From: Lama glama
Taxonomy: Eukaryota
DNA: 64,000 bases
NCBI GenBank assembly: GCA_028534125.1
Contig: CM052817.1
Coordinates: 93,622,001 to 93,686,000 of the forward strand
Direction of reading: 5' to 3'
In this document: positions 1-14,365 of the stretch, piece after piece
Numbering within the stretch: position 1 is the stretch's first letter
Layout of the letters: every line of letters begins with the position of its first letter
Made by a program: the position numbers and the translations under genes
Notes under the pieces: generated by a model
What the model was told of the DNA's origin: nothing
Database searches by the model: none
The model's input: only the letters and a program-made list of their open reading frames with translations

Positions 1-158
1 AGCATGAATAAGACAGAATATTTTTGCATTACATGGGACTGAACACACACACACATTCTGTCTCTCTGTTTTACAAATTCGAGGTGGCCACTGGCTGGCC
101 AGAAGGAAAGGGAAAAAAGTACATAGTCTTCCTCTGTTTATTTCCATTTTGACCTTAC

Positions 159-434
159 ATTTGGAAAAGGTGAAGAATAATTCTGGCCAGTGTTTGTTCA
201 ATTCTACAGCCTTGTGGAGCAGACAATATCAATTTCATAGCAACGCCATAACCATTTATTCCCATCACAGCAAGACTGCTTGCCTGATGAAAACATAATT
301 GGAAAAAAGTCCCTCTTATGTGGCACTGTAAACCATCTGCCATATTCAGGTTTTATAATATGTAGCAAACTCAAAAAGGAAAAAGTAGAAACAAGTTTCT
401 AGGACAATAACATTTAAGAACCACAAAAGATCAC
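159..434 (-). pseudogene. Pseudo-exon, phase 1->2: (G)DLLWFLNVIVLETCFYFFLFEFATYYK/NLNMADGLQCHIRGTFFQLCFHQASSLAVMGINGYGVAMKLILSAPQGCRIEQTLARIILHLFQ
   Basis: Acceptor tttttgtgtctttccttaattag|GT and donor CAAAT|gtaagg. Open if one A is restored in an A-run near 352. Start phase matches the exon at 3744-3817. Confidence 0.7.
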
Positions 435-594
435 CTAATTAAGGAAAGACACAAAAATAAACAGCAAATGAACATGCAAAAATACCACTGCAAATAATAA
501 TGGGTTTTTACTACTTCATACATTTTCTTATGTGTGCTCTAATATATTTCCAACCCATCAGAGTGATTTACTTGCTTTTGTTTATTACCAACCA

Positions 595-785
595 CATAAT
601 GCTGAGTGCCAAAAGTATTCTAAGTACTTTATAAATATGAAATCACTCAATTTGCGTAACAGCCTTACAAAGTGAGCACTGTTATCACACCTATCTTACA
701 GGTGGAAGAAACTGAACAAAAGAGCCAGGATTGAAACTCAGGCAGTCTAGCAGAGGATCTCACCTCTTACCACTACCCAGTGCTG
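595..785 (-). mobile_element. MIR SINE fragment
   Basis: Degenerate reverse-complement MIR core (tattatc...cttacaggtggaagaaactga). Confidence 0.7.
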
Positions 786-814
786 GACAGAGTCAAAAAA
801 ATTTCTCTAAAATA

Positions 815-1241
815 TAGATGGACCTGGAGGTTGTCATTCCCAGTGAAATAAGCCAGAAAGAGAAAGAAAAATACCATATGATATCACTTATGTGTGGCAT
901 CTAAAAAAAACAAACTTATTTGCAAAGCTGAAACAGACTCAGACGTAGAGAACAAACTTGCGGTTACCAGCGGAGGAAGGGAGTGGGTGGGGATAAATTG
1001 AGAGAGATTTATAGATACTAACCGATCCATAAAGAATAGATAAACAAGTTCATGCTCTAGACTGCAGAGAACTATATCTGATATCCTGAGGTAACTTATG
1101 GTGAAAAAGAATACAAAAATGAATATATGTATGTTCGTGTGTGACTGAAACATTATGCTGTACACCAGAAATTGACACAGCATTGTAAACTGACTAAACT
1201 TCAATAAAAATATAAAATAAAATAAAATATAAAATAAAATA
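815..1241 (+). mobile_element. 5'-truncated LINE-1 3' end (cetartiodactyl type)
   Basis: ORF2 terminus (..agccagaaagagaaagaaaaataccatatgatatcac..), typical 3'UTR, AATAAA and (AAAAT)n tail; probable TSD aaaata(t/c)agat. Confidence 0.9.
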
Positions 1242-1411
1242 CAGATAACCCTTAAAAACTGATGATTATATTCTAAGATTAATTTCAAAGTTAGCACTAA
1301 TACCTACATTCATGTTCTGGTATTCTTTAGTTCATGGAATTTATGTTTTTTTTCCTGAGAAGTTTTCATATAAAACATAGGTCGACATAAAAGATGAAGA
1401 TCATTCCATCA

Positions 1412-1532
1412 CTGATGAATACAGTGATTAGATCCACTATATATGTATAATAGATATAGTCAATTACAGGATATTGAGTCTTCCCCCAAATAAAATCAGC
1501 TCAAAATATCAAATAAATAAATACATAAATAA

Positions 1533-1563
<31 letters not shown>

Positions 1564-1592
1564 GTGGATCTAATCACTGTTTTCTCCATCAG
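1412..1592. repeat. Inverted repeat with perfect 24-bp arms enclosing a (TA)n microsatellite
   Basis: acagtgattagatccactatatat (1421-1444) is the exact reverse complement of 1557-1580, with imperfect extension outward. Confidence 0.9.
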
Positions 1593-3743
1593 TTAACTTC
1601 ATATATATATATACATATATATATAAAAATACCACTTTTCATACAAAAACATTCCGTATATAGAAAATATCTAGGTAAGAAAATAAAATCAACATTATTT
1701 TTCTTCCCACTCCTCCAAAATACGATTTATTGTTTTGAGTGAGTAGCTAGGTATAAGAATCAATTAGATCCTCTTATCCAAAAAAAAAAAAGTAGGAAAA
1801 TGTAGGGAATAAACAAAACTAAGAAAAAATTAATTTGTAACTTCCTATAGAGAACTATACTGTATACTAAAGAAATCACATCATTTGTTTTTTTTTGGTG
1901 TCTGTGTAAGAACAGAAAGAAACCAAATATCTTCTTTATGTATTTCATTTCGTACCAAATAATGAACCAAGTTTCAATGACATTAACAATATGTTGTCTT
2001 ACTAAACAGCCACATCCCAGGAGCCCCGGACTTTTCTCTCCCTCTATCTTTTTTTAATCCCTGAATATTCATCTGAAAATTAACTCAGAGCCCTTATTAC
2101 ACTTGTTCTTTTCTCCACTGAAAATCTTCAATGCATTATGAAAATTAAATAAATAACATTTTACTGCAAATCGTTTTTTCGTTAGGAAGTAATAGAGGTA
2201 ACATTTCTAAAAGTACTCCAAGTGGAAGGAAGAGGGATATAACACAAACTAAAAGTTTGGCGAAAGTAATTTTGAGCTGATCTGAGTTGGGGGAAGACTC
2301 AGTGCCCTGCAACTGACTGTAAGTCACATGAAGGCAGACAGGATCTGAGTTGATTTTAAACTTGGTAGGGAACCCAGAAGATGCTCTAGGAATAAGCCAT
2401 TTTAAACTCCATTTAAAAAAAGAAGAAGGGTATTAGCAATTTTCAAACAATATATATGTTGTTTCAACATTCCTGCATATAAATAAATGCTTTTAAAGAC
2501 CTCTAATGAACTCTACTCTCAATCATAGATTTCACCACCTGTAGCGTACACGCAGCACAGGCAACCTAACTGTTAATGAACTGTACTTCATTCTCTTTTC
2601 CTTCCAGACTTCATTTCTCTTTTCTACATCTCATCACACGCACCCACCACCCTTGAAGGAAGACATTTCTCTTCAACCTATAACAACCAAAAATCCCTCA
2701 TCAGACCTCTCTTATTCTAAAGTCGCACCTTGTAATTACCCTCTTATTTTTCAACCTGGCTCCCATTAAATTTTTTTTTTCTTTTCACTAGCCCTGTCCC
2801 ACCCACCCAAAGATTTCGGGGATTCCTCACTCAGTCCTTTGCTGTCTCCCAGAAATGGAAGACTGCAAGGTTGGGTAGAAGGGGAAAGGGAGGAGATGGC
2901 GGGGCCCTTGGCATGGCCAGTTGGAAACTTATTTTGCATTCAGAAAAGCTTCAATTCACCCTGCTCCCATCTTCCTCATTTTTTTTCTCTTCCTCTTTCT
3001 GATTTTCATTTTGACCCTACACCTTTACAACCTGGTTAACCTGAGCACTGTTTGATTTGGTTATGTAAAATAAAATAGCTCACCGTTACTCACATAAACC
3101 GATTAACAGTAGGCCAATAATGATTACACATAGTCATAAACACCTAAGAATCTTTGTTGTGAGTTTTATTTAATAACAACACTCCATTCTCACCAAATGT
3201 GCTCAGTCTTTATAAATTCTTGCATATTTAGCATAATTATCTCCTTGTAATAAAAAAAATCAAAGAAATGTTGTTTCACACCTTTCTAGGGATTCAAAGT
3301 ATTAGCTCAACAACTGTAAAAGTAAGATAATAGTCACGGAATTAAATAAAGGGGTACTTTGAGGGTTTTGCCAAAGGAATGGCAAAAAGTTACTTCAAAC
3401 CAGATTATGCCAAAAGTAAAGAGAATACCAATTAGCTAAAGAAAACATAGACCTATATTTCAGCCAAGTGGTACTTTTAATGTTGATAAATATGTGCTTA
3501 ATAGTGCCTGATATAGAGAAAGCATTCAGTATTTAACTGAATTGAGTAATTCAATTGAATCAAATAAATGAGTGACTGAATGAGTGTAAGTTGCTTTTCT
3601 GGTTTATATCAGGACTGTTAAAATAAACTGAGAAATATCTAGCCATTTCCTACATTCTTCAGCTACATATTACTGCTTCATAGCCATCAACACTGAAGAT
3701 CTGATTTTCTTGGGTGGTCAGTAGTAGGTCCCATTAATTTTAC

Positions 3744-3817
3744 CTTCTCTTTCCAAAGCCCTTCCTGTCTTTGAAGATGGCCTGTCATACTGCCCTGTTG
3801 TTGAATTCAATATAGAT
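3744..3817 (-). pseudogene. Pseudo-exon, 74 nt, phase 2->1, open: SILNSTTGQYDRPSSKTGRALERE
   Basis: ctttttag|A ... GAAG|gtaaaa. The only open frame is phase-compatible with both neighbouring exons. Confidence 0.65.
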
Positions 3818-4269
3818 CTAAAAAGCTCTATGCAGCTGGCACATAAAACTATGAAATGCTGCTCAACAGGTGGAGTTGTAGGGAAATGATGCAATGTCAA
3901 GTCTCCTGAGAGGTGCTGGGCATTGGTGCATATGTGGCTCCCGGGCAGGCCTGAGAGCAAAGTATACCTGTGCAGACAAGCTCTGGGGCATCTCCCCTCC
4001 TGAGGGTTCTTCCAGGAATAAGTGAGAAGTTATGCTGATGCTGGCGTAGCAACGGCGCTAAACCTCTTAGCAACCTTCAGGAGCTGATGGAAAGTTATCA
4101 AAATACAACATCGCTTCTCACAACCACAACACTATATTCTGGCAAAAGCATGAGTCAGTGAGAAATCTGTATGTGATTATTATTTACAGAGAAGGACTCT
4201 CTCTGCTCCTTGTAGGACAGGTAAATAAGCAAGGATTTAGTAATTTGAGGATTTTTTTAAGTACGGAAT

Positions 4270-4480
4270 TTTTTATCCAGGTGAGAATGTTCCAACTCCG
4301 CCTCTTGTGAACTCTCTGACCTTCGACCAGATGCTTACACTCCCTGTGCCCGAACCTCTCTTCCCTATTAAACAACGCGAGGGGATAATATTCACTCACC
4401 TTCCACGTTTGCGAGTCTCACGGTTGGCACTTAGTCAGTTTTCAGTGAATGACTGGCAAGCGTTAAACAGATACTCAATA
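4270..4480 (+). mobile_element. MIR SINE fragment
   Basis: Degenerate MIR core (..ggggataatattcactcacc..) and tail (..actcaataaatg). Confidence 0.6.
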
Positions 4481-4484
4481 AATG

Positions 4485-4710
4485 TAAATATATGTGTATA
4501 TATACACATTCACTTAATATAATTATGTATTATATATCTATTATATAATACTATGTATGGCATAATATATTATTATGTTGTATATTAGACATTATATAGT
4601 TATTATATATTAGATCACATAATATATAGTTATATAATATGTTCTATATTTATATTATATATGCATCTATTATATGTAATATGTATACACACATATATGC
4701 TTATATGTAT
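4485..4710. repeat. AT-rich low-complexity (TA-derived) tract
   Basis: Degenerate TATA/TATTA runs. Confidence 0.85.
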
Positions 4711-7700
4711 TTTAAAGAATTACCATGGCAGACAGGGCGGACTGGTCGGTCTGGGTGGGTCACACAAGACGCAGCCCTCCTTCCCCCACAGCTGTGTCTA
4801 GTTACTGCAATCCTTACCCAGAAACTCTCAGTTCCTGCAGGAGGAAGGGAAATAGAAATGGCAACCCCACTGCCAAGCTCTCTATCACAGAAAAAAGGGT
4901 TGGTAAAGCCAAACAAAATAAAACAGAACAAAAACATTCTTCTGTCAGCTGGTTCACTCACCCGCTTGTACTGCTCTCTGTATCCGCTCGCTTTCCACAG
5001 GGGAGAACTGCATATTTATGTGCTAGTGACTAGAAGTGGGGCAAGGGCCCCATGGGCCTGCCGGCCAAGCGCACATGTGTACACCTTAAGAATAATTCAT
5101 TGTCGGAGTAAAGTGTTCTGTGCGACCCACTGAGAGCCCTCGGGGGATGGGGATTCAGAAGTGGCTTCTTTGGCCTATCCGGTTTGCCCTTCTGAGAAGT
5201 TCAGCATGGTCTGGGCCCTCGGGACACACACCTGGCCAGCCTCCATTCTCCTTGACAGAAAGCATTCCTCTGGCACCTTCTAGCTTGAATCCTGTGCTAC
5301 CCAGTTCCTTTGTTCTTTTCACAAACTCTTTCCTCCCTTCCATGCCCAAGGCCCCACATCCATTTATGGCTTGCCTCTGGCAAAAGCAGGCAGCAGTTCT
5401 TTACTCCTTAAGATAATAGAGCAGGAAGCGGAGAATTCTGTTCCTGAGGCAAGCTATCATGGTTCTGGCCTGAAAATTCTAAAAATCAATCATACACCTG
5501 AATAGAGAAGGGTTATCTCCACCAGCTAAACCTTACTGTGTTGGAAAAAATATCTGTCACCTTCTCACTTTCAAGATCCATTTTTCAAAAACCTCCATCT
5601 ATTACCTTTGGCTTGACCCATAATAGTCTGGTGTAAAAGATGTGTGTTGGTACGGGGGGTGGACGGGAGGATTTAGCACACCATTATAGACTCCTTGTGC
5701 TAAATCACAGGTTGACCAAGTTTAGCTTAAGAATGGCCACAGCAGATTTCTGAATACTGGCCCTCATACTGGACCAGTGCCATTGCCACCTGCTGCCTTG
5801 ACTTTAATCTCCTCATCAAATCCATCTTGAATTCCACTGACAATTTGCATTCTCCAACCATCTCACGTCTCTCCACATATAACTTCCTAGTGATGCATGT
5901 CTATTTATTTGTATAGAATTCCACAATTTGCAAAATACTTTTATATAAACACACACACACACACACACTCTCTCTTTTCATTGATTACTTTAAACATGCT
6001 GATAAGGAAACTGGTATTTTCCTCATCTTACAGGTGTAAAGTTCAGAGAGATTAGGAGACATGATTGAGATTATGCAACTAAAAAAGTACCATAGCTAGA
6101 ATTCTAACCTAAACCATTTAACTCTTGGACCAGTGCTTTCATTCATGCCAAATGCCTTAATATGAAATGTAAGATATTACACAATCTGAACTCATCTATT
6201 TCCAACACTACATCCAGCTGTTCATAGCTAAACTTTCTACTCTAGCAAAGCCAGTCTTTGCAAGGTTGCCCAACTTCATCTGGGAAGTTGGTTTCTTCCT
6301 ACATATGTGCATTCCCCAACCTGGAATGTTCTTCAGTCTTCTTACTCTCTGTGTTTCCTGACCCAGAATCTGTGCTAGCCTTGTGTCTGCTTCCGGGTCG
6401 GTTCAAATTCCACTCTGTTCCAGCCTTCCCACACTGCCACAGCCTAGCATGGCCTCTCCTCCTTCAAAACCCTGTGCAGTTATTTTCTACCTGTCACGTG
6501 GACATTGTGAGCAGACCCTCCTGACATTAAATGCTGTTTCTACAGTAATGCTCAGCCCTGCCTGGGCTGGAGAAAGTTACATGAAGCTTAGAGAACGAGT
6601 CTCCCCCGAGATACCATGTTCTCCTGTCACCTTCTGCTGCGCTGTCACTGCAGACAGAAAATCACCAATTTATCAACAAAGTACTTCTCAAAATTGTCAG
6701 GATTCAATTCAGATACCCTCTCCCCAATAACGGCTTCCCTGACACTTTGTCAGATTTTAGGAAGCTTTCTCCTACCCTCACAGTACCCAGCACATCTTCT
6801 TACATAGCACTTACTACAACTTTAAATATTTTGTTTGTTTACACAGTGGTCTCCTGCCTTCAGTTCCATAGCTCCCTAGATGCATGGAAAGTGACACTCA
6901 TTGTGACCCACTATGGCACTGGCTCCAGATAGCAGACTTCACTCAATGTTATGTAGCTGGATGGATGGAAGGATGAATGAATGAATGAATCGAGATGCTG
7001 ATTCTGTGCAAGTCAGAACAGTTTCCCTAAATGACAGTATGCTAGCACTGACAGTCTCTGGCTATCCAACTAAAGCCTTGTTAATCCTTTATTTGGCTGA
7101 AATAACTTTCAACTCTGATAAGGATCAGAAGAGAAACTTACTGTGGAATATGGTTTCCCTTAGGAAGTGTTAGCCACGTTATTTTGGCTCTCAGTTCAGC
7201 TCCAAATCCCATCTGACCCCTGGTGCAGCAGAATCAATCAGAGGCCAAACAACAGGAAGAAAAAAAAAAAAAAGGAGAAAAGGGAGACGAGGAAGAGCTT
7301 CCACTGGACAGAAACAGCAGGTGGACTCACTCAAGGAAATCAAAGTAAGAATTATAGCAACTTGAAAAAACTGCAGAGGATTTTGAAAACCTACTCCAGT
7401 TTAACAGATAAGACCACTGTGGGTTGTGAGGTGACTAAGATTAATTAACTGAATCAAGGTTTTCTACCAACCATTTACTTTTTCCACCGTACCTCACTGC
7501 CTTTCTACTATGTTTCTATTGCTGCTATATTATAAATTTAAAAGTCCTACAATAAAAATAATAATATAAACATGTAATAATAATATAACAATATAAACAA
7601 CTCTGAGTCCTATTTCCTCATCAATAAGGTGGAATGATCAGAACAATTAATTCACAGAGACTTTGTCAGTGTTAAATGCAATAGTATAAAGTGCTTAGAA

Positions 7701-9649
7701 CAGAGATGGCATATTGGAAACATTCAATAAATATTACTATTATTACCAACTATTGTCCGACTCAAACACATGCCTGTTTCAGTGAAGATCTTCCTGTAAA
7801 GCTGGCATGAAAACAGAAGAAATACAAACACGACATATCCAATGCCATGTCACAGAAATGAAGCTTATGGTAACTACACTCTACCCTCACACCTCCGACC
7901 TGTGTTTACCACTGTACCTGCCACTCACCTAGTGACTCAAGTAAATCAAGATGCTGTATTCAAAATTACATATTGTGTGTGCCTAGGTTACATTTAAGAG
8001 TTTGAATCCCTGCTTGTGCCCTTTCACAGATGTTTTAAATCCACTAAGTCGCTAAGTTGTAGTGTGGGAGCTCTAATTTTTTTTTTCTTCTGCCTGGATA
8101 TCATCTGTGATCTCTCAACAGTTGACATGTAACATAGCTACATTTCCACCTAATATCTAGCTGGGGCTAATTCGTTTGTTCAACAAATATTTATTGAGCT
8201 TCTAATATGCACCAGGCACTTGCTTGGTGCCGGGAATATACCAGTGAACAAAGCAGATAAAAACCCCTGACCTGTTGGAACTACATTTTAATAGTATAGA
8301 GCAGAAATAAAAGTGGTTAGTCTTTGAAAATGCCATCTAATAAGCTCAAAGATAAATTGTCTTTATACTCAAAATAAAGTTTTTTTAAATGAAAAGTTGT
8401 CTTTTACCTTGACATTATACAATGGCAAGACTTGGTGTATGACTTTGTACCTTATGACCAGTTGTTTTTCCAGATATGTCTTTAATTTCCTCATTTACAC
8501 AAGGGATACCAAATGAGAGTAATATGTCAAAAGATATAACATGAGGAAATCTATTGGTAACAGGGATAGTAATTAGTAGATAACTTAAATCAGAAATACC
8601 AAAGCTTTAAAAAGAATGCATAAATCATATCTCCAAGGGAGAGGAATGCACAAAAGTCACTTCTAGGGCCCATTCACCCTATCTCTGCCTCCCTCTCCTT
8701 CCTCCCTCAGTCTGGTATCTTCAACTTTTTAAACCAAAAGCAGCACCTGGGGTTAGTGATCACACTCAAGAGTTTGCACTGCAGTGTATCACCTCCTCCC
8801 TCCCCACCTGCTACAATAAAAATATCAAATCCAAATCCAGAATTTTTAAATACAAGGAACAATTCAAAAAAAAAAAAAGCAGAAAGAACCGTCTGAGCAT
8901 TAACAGAGTGTTCTGTATTTCCTGTTATAAGGCTCATGCTAGTTGCAAATATTTTATTTAAAAAGAAATAAAGAAACTGGTGATTTGCAATAAGAGTAAT
9001 CGTGAAGAAAGCCAACGTTTATCAAGTTCAAGGCACTATTCTACTTGACGCACAAAAACAAACTCAGCTCTAGAAATGTGTACGGATATTATGCCCATTT
9101 TACAGATAAGGAAAGCTAGCACTGAACCCTGACAAAGCTTGCCCAAGTTTTCATGACTGGTAACTGACAGAGCTGGGGCTCTGACAGTCTGCTGCCGACT
9201 TTCACGTGCTAAAAATCCTTCTCAAGACAGTCAGCTCCATCTTAGCCCATGACTTCATGACCTGCTTTCTGCTCTCTCTTCCCATTTCTGTTTCTTGAAG
9301 TAGACAGAAAAACTCTTGTAAGACCAGAACTCTGTCATGTGATTGTACATTGCTCAGGGAGATTAAAACAATCTGCCACAAATCACTTTAAATCCTCAAA
9401 TTTTGCTCTGCTCATGTGTAAAAAGGGGTTTACAAACCTAGCTCTTTTCCTATCATGGGTATTTATGAGATAATCTGATTATACACATGAAAGGGTTTTG
9501 TGAACCAAAAGCTAAAATATAGAAGAAGTCTTATTTATAAGGGAGTGATAACTTTAATTTTTCCCTTGAATCTCTATTCACAATTGACCTCTACTTTTGC
9601 TGGGCACCACCAGCACAATTTCTGAACATTTACTATAACATTTGTCTCA

Positions 9650-10085
9650 TTTGGCCAGCTTATAGGAGTTGATCGTTACATTTTCAGGAATTTTGTGAGC
9701 CAGCTATTAAACATAGCCACTATTTTTGTTAAAAGTATATTATGTAAACTTTAATAAATTATATTAGAGACAAAGGTAGAATAACCAAAACACATTGCTC
9801 CTAATTACTGTACAACATTTTACTATTAGTTCTGCTCATATAGATCCACTTATCTGTATGGTAGGAAAACCATTATAACGGCAAGCTACTGAGTGCCTTT
9901 TCCCAACTTTGTGTTCAGGGGTCTCATGCTGGTAGCTTGAAACGGACCATGATAAACATATTTTCACCACAGATGTCAGCAAACTCTACAAATCAAGGCT
10001 AAACTAGCTGTTTTGTTTGTTATCTAAAGAAAGTGATGGACAATATGTTAATCATGCAGATTAAGCTTTAAAGTCTTTTATAGCA
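9650..10085. mobile_element. Ancient DNA-transposon fossil (hAT-like; subfamily uncertain)
   Basis: Resembles recalled hAT-Tip100-type non-autonomous elements (ttgatcgttacattttcaggaattttgtgagcc..; aagtgatgga..atgttaatcatgcagattaa). Confidence 0.4.
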
Positions 10086-11726
10086 TAAAAAAATAGTGGT
10101 ATCGTAGATAAATCATAATCATAGATTGGTAGGGGTACAAGAATTAAGCAAGAATCAATGCCAATGTCATTTAGGAATCAATGACTACAGGGAATTGAAT
10201 AAACTGTGTGCCACCTTTATATCTGTAAGATGTATAATAGACTGATGCATTTGTATATATCTATGCATATATGTGTGTACACAATATACACTATATATAC
10301 ACAGACACATGGGTAGGGGGAGGGTAAAGCCATTAGTTACCCTTTTACCAGAACACGACTGTTAAGAAGAAAGAAAAGGACATTAGTGCAGGAAGAGGGA
10401 GAGGAAAGCAAAGGGGGAACTGCCACGAAGCATACTAAGTGGCGTGGCGAGGAGTCACCATCCCTCGGTGCCTAAGGGCGTGGAATGGGGTACCTAGTCC
10501 AGCCTGAGACAAAAGCATGGCCAGGGAAGACGAGGCCGCTTGACCTCGTTTTGGTGAATGGACTGAAGCTAGCCAAGAGAATGTCTAGGGAAAAAAAAAT
10601 GTGAAAAGACACCAAAAAAACCATGTGTGGTGCTGTGAAAAACTAAGTTATTCAGAATACCTCTAGGGGAGCATGAACATGAGGCATAGTAAGAACTGTG
10701 TCCTTTTCATTTTTCTTCATTGTGACTCGGGGCCACACTTCACTTATCTGATGTGCCCGAGTACATGACCCAGTGACCCAGTGCCTCATCCATCATAGAC
10801 AGCCAATAAATGCTCTAAGAATTAAACAGCATATATTCAGTAACACTTGGTCAAGTAATAGTAAAACTCAATAATAAGAACTGCATACAACACTTAGTGT
10901 TTATATTTTCTCACACTCTGATTTCTCACTTAAAGGAAAGCAAAGTTATAGGAAAAAGCATGTTGCATGTTGCTTAGCCCTGTTTCTCATTAACGAGAAA
11001 GTGCTGCTAGATTTCAAGGGTCTAAGATGTAACCTTACAAAAATGATGATTTGAATTATTTGTCTACAAATTAGCCAACACATTGAATTTAAACAACAAC
11101 TCGTTTAACTACTTTCTTATAGGAAAGCTTGGTTCACCTAATAGTTTTGGTCATCTTAGTTTAATTGTCCAAATTATAGTCAAAGATAGCCAACATTAAT
11201 ATTCTCATAAAGACTTGTTTTTTTTCCCTGCAGGTTGGAATACCAGGGATATGCAAACATTTAGATTTAAAGATGTTGAACAGGTACACATTAGAGACAT
11301 AATAATATAAAAAGGCTCTCTCAGTACTTGGTGGCGCAGACAGGAGGTGACTTCAGAAGGCAGTTATGGTCTCAAAGCAGCATTTGTTATCTGGGTGAAG
11401 CCATGTGTTGTCACGTCATGAAGGATAAATCTACCTCTGAGGAGCAGACTCATAACCACTAAGCTCGTGAGACTGGCGAAAATCCAAGTGACAACCTATT
11501 CATGTACAATGAGATCTACAGTGAAGGCGTGAGCTGGGGTACTAATGAAAATAGGATTAACCCAATGTTTTCCAGTAAACAAACATCCATGTAAGCTAAA
11601 TAATATTCAGAAGGTTTACTCATTCATTTGTAATGAGAAGTCCCTGCCATATGAACTAGAATCCATAACTTTGGTTTGACCAGTGAATTGTTTCCCTGTA
11701 GAGGGGTCTATCTGGGAAACCGAGCA

Positions 11727-12346
11727 CATTAATTACCTACTGCTGTGTAACAATATTACCACAAACTTAGCAACTACAAAAAAAAAAAAGGGCATTTATT
11801 ATCTCATAGTTTTAAAGGGCCAGGAATTCTAACAGATCAGAGCTGAGTCCTCTGTTCAGAGTCTCACAAGGTTGCAGCCAAGGTGTTGGCCAGAGCCGTG
11901 GTCTCAACCAAGGCTTTACTGGGGAGAATTTCCTGCCAAGCTCACTTAGGTGTTGGCAGAATTCAGTTTCTTGTGAAATTGAGTGCTTCCACTGAGGAGT
12001 GAGGGCTTCACTGTCTTGTTCGGGGTTGGCCAGAGGCTGACCTCAGCTCCTAGAGGTCACCTGCAGGTCCTGGTCACATGGGGCTCCTCAACATGGCCAT
12101 GTACATTCTCAAAGCCAGCAAAGGAGGCTCCAGCAAGAGGGATGCTAAAGTCTCATGGAACCAAAACATATAATGTTACATAGCATGTTATATACATGTA
12201 ATCATGTACAGCCTGTCACCTCCGTCACATTCTATTGGTTAGAAAAATACAGCAGGTCATGCTCAAACTCTAGGCAAGGAGATTTCACAACGGTGTGACA
12301 CCAGTGAGTGGGGATTGAAAGGGCCACCTTAAATGTCTGTCTGCTA
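11727..12346 (-). mobile_element. MaLR LTR (MLT1 family)
   Basis: tgctgtgtaacaa..ttaccacaaacttagc..ttattatctcatagttt..tcacaaggttgcag; typical MLT1 in reverse orientation. Confidence 0.8.
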
Positions 12347-12579
12347 ATGTTTGTTTTATGAATGATGCAAGAATCCAACATGTGACAATATCAGGCCAGG
12401 ACAGATCAATGAATCTACCTCGTTTCCAGCCCAGAAAGTCTTGCCAACAAGATAGGACACACAGAATCCACATGCTCTTCTTCCCTGAGCAATACTTAAA
12501 CAGCTGATGACAAGGTTTGCCTTGTGACCATCTTATCTCTGCCACTGGGGATGTCCCACTTTCCTCTGATTCTTAGATG

Positions 12580-12980
12580 CTGTATTAGTTTGTCAAGGCT
12601 GCCTCACAAAATCTCATAGGCTCGGAGACTTAAGAGAACTTTATTTTCTCACAGCTCTGGGGGCGGGAAGTCCAACAGCAGGGCATCAGCAGGTTTGGTT
12701 TCTCAGAACCTACGATGGCCTTTCTCCTTGGTTTGCACCGAGAGGAGCCACCTCCTCCCTGTCTTCCCACGTGGTCTTTCCTCTGGGTACATGCATTCCT
12801 GGAGTCTCTTCGTGTGTCCAAATTTTCTCTTCTTACAAGGGCTACTGTCAGATTGGATTAGGGCCTCATTTTTAACCGTCACCTCTTTAAAAGCCCCATC
12901 TCCAAACACAGCCACATTGTGAGGTACTGGGGCTAAGGCTTTAACGTATGAATTCTGGGGAGCACAATGCAGGCAGCAAC
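12580..12980 (-). mobile_element. MaLR LTR (MLT1A-like)
   Basis: tgtattagtt..tttattttctcacagctctgg..cagattggattagggcc..gaggtactggggctaagg..tatgaatt. Confidence 0.85.
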
Positions 12981-13179
12981 TGAGCCCATCTTTAGAAATG
13001 TTGCAACATTAATCAACTTATAGTCGTATCTCACTTGTTTGCAGACTCTTTAAAGTGATTTACCCATCCTGACTGTGATCCATTCCACTTTCATGTGGAA
13101 TTTGAACCCTCAGATGGAAAGTACATTCCTCTTGACTGCAAGTTCCCAGGGACTCACTACTATGGACCCCAATAACTGA

Positions 13180-13420
13180 AAAGTTACAGCAGCATGGTCA
13201 AGAAAGCAGGCGCAGGTAAAGGACCTGCGTGTGCATGCTTGGTTTCCAATCCCATGTCTGCCACTTACTAGCTAGTAAGTGAACCAAGATTCAACTTTCC
13301 AACTTCAAAAGCAACAGGAGATTCCTGCATTTGCAAGTCATTGTAAAGACTCTATGAGTTAAATAATGTAAAGCACTTGGCATCTGGCACATAGTCTGTG
13401 CTCAGCAAATATTAGTCATC
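13180..13420 (+). mobile_element. MIR SINE
   Basis: tctgccacttactagct..aataatgtaaagcacttggca..ctggcacatag..ctcagcaaatattag. Confidence 0.75.
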
Positions 13421-14365
13421 TTAACATAAAATAAGCCCAACATACAATTTTCTCTATGTTCCTTCTTGTATTAAACCTGCATCTGAAGATAACTCTAACA
13501 GAAAGTTTTTTTTCTTAATTAGGGATCTCTAATTAAGAGATATAGTTAATTTGGGGAAGACTAAGCCTTAAAGACTTCATGGGATGATAGACACGCTTAA
13601 AATCCAGGTGTTAATTCTGTCAAGAAAAAAATATCCTGATTCAGGTGACAAAGAATTTTTATATAGTTCATTTTTATCTTCAAATATTAAAAGAAGACAA
13701 AAACATGTATGAAATATTCAGTTTTCTCTCTTTACTTCGCCTCTCCCAACAACAAGAAAGAGTGCCTGAAACATTTTGGCAGGCTCAGAGAAGGCAGAAT
13801 CTGTTTCATTTTATGGGATAAAGTTAAACCAGAGAGAGAGAGATACATTAAATAAATTGGGTCAAAAGTATCAATCTACCCCTCACGCAATTTCAACTTC
13901 TGGGGCAGATTAGAAGGTGCTGCTTCATAATTCAGCACGTCTGAATTGGCCCATTGTTATGTGGAATTTGATGTTATTATAGGGCATCTAGCCCAGGCTT
14001 GGGACTTCCCTTAATTGTACAATATGTGTAAGATTCACCCTTGGATCAAAAAGTAATTCTGGACTCCTTCCTCTCATTTCATCACTGTGAGATTTCTGGA
14101 AGAAATACATCTGAAATAAGTGTAGAATGCGGGCTGGAAGGGGCGGACAGTGGCATGCCTTGTTATTATTTTGGGTGTGAAGAACAGGACCAAAGAAAAG
14201 AGAGCAGAGAAAAACCTATCAGGTTTAGAAAAATACACTTTTGTTTGCTCTTTGAAGAGAGGATACGAAATCTGGAAGGACAAAAATAAGGACACATTTT
14301 ATATTCCTCAAAGTTTCAGGGACTTTTTGCCGCAAGTCTGAGACTGCACAAAGAAAAACACTCAC

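Noticed and set aside
884..1297. 137-aa minus-strand ORF
   Set aside because: Antisense to an L1 3' end and its A-rich tail; composition artefact.
4639..5416. Cluster of overlapping ORFs (up to 164 aa)
   Set aside because: Begins in an AT low-complexity tract; no splice chain or recognisable protein features.
13513..13538. Near-perfect 26-bp palindrome tcttaattagggatctctaattaaga
   Set aside because: Short and AT-rich, with no supporting context.
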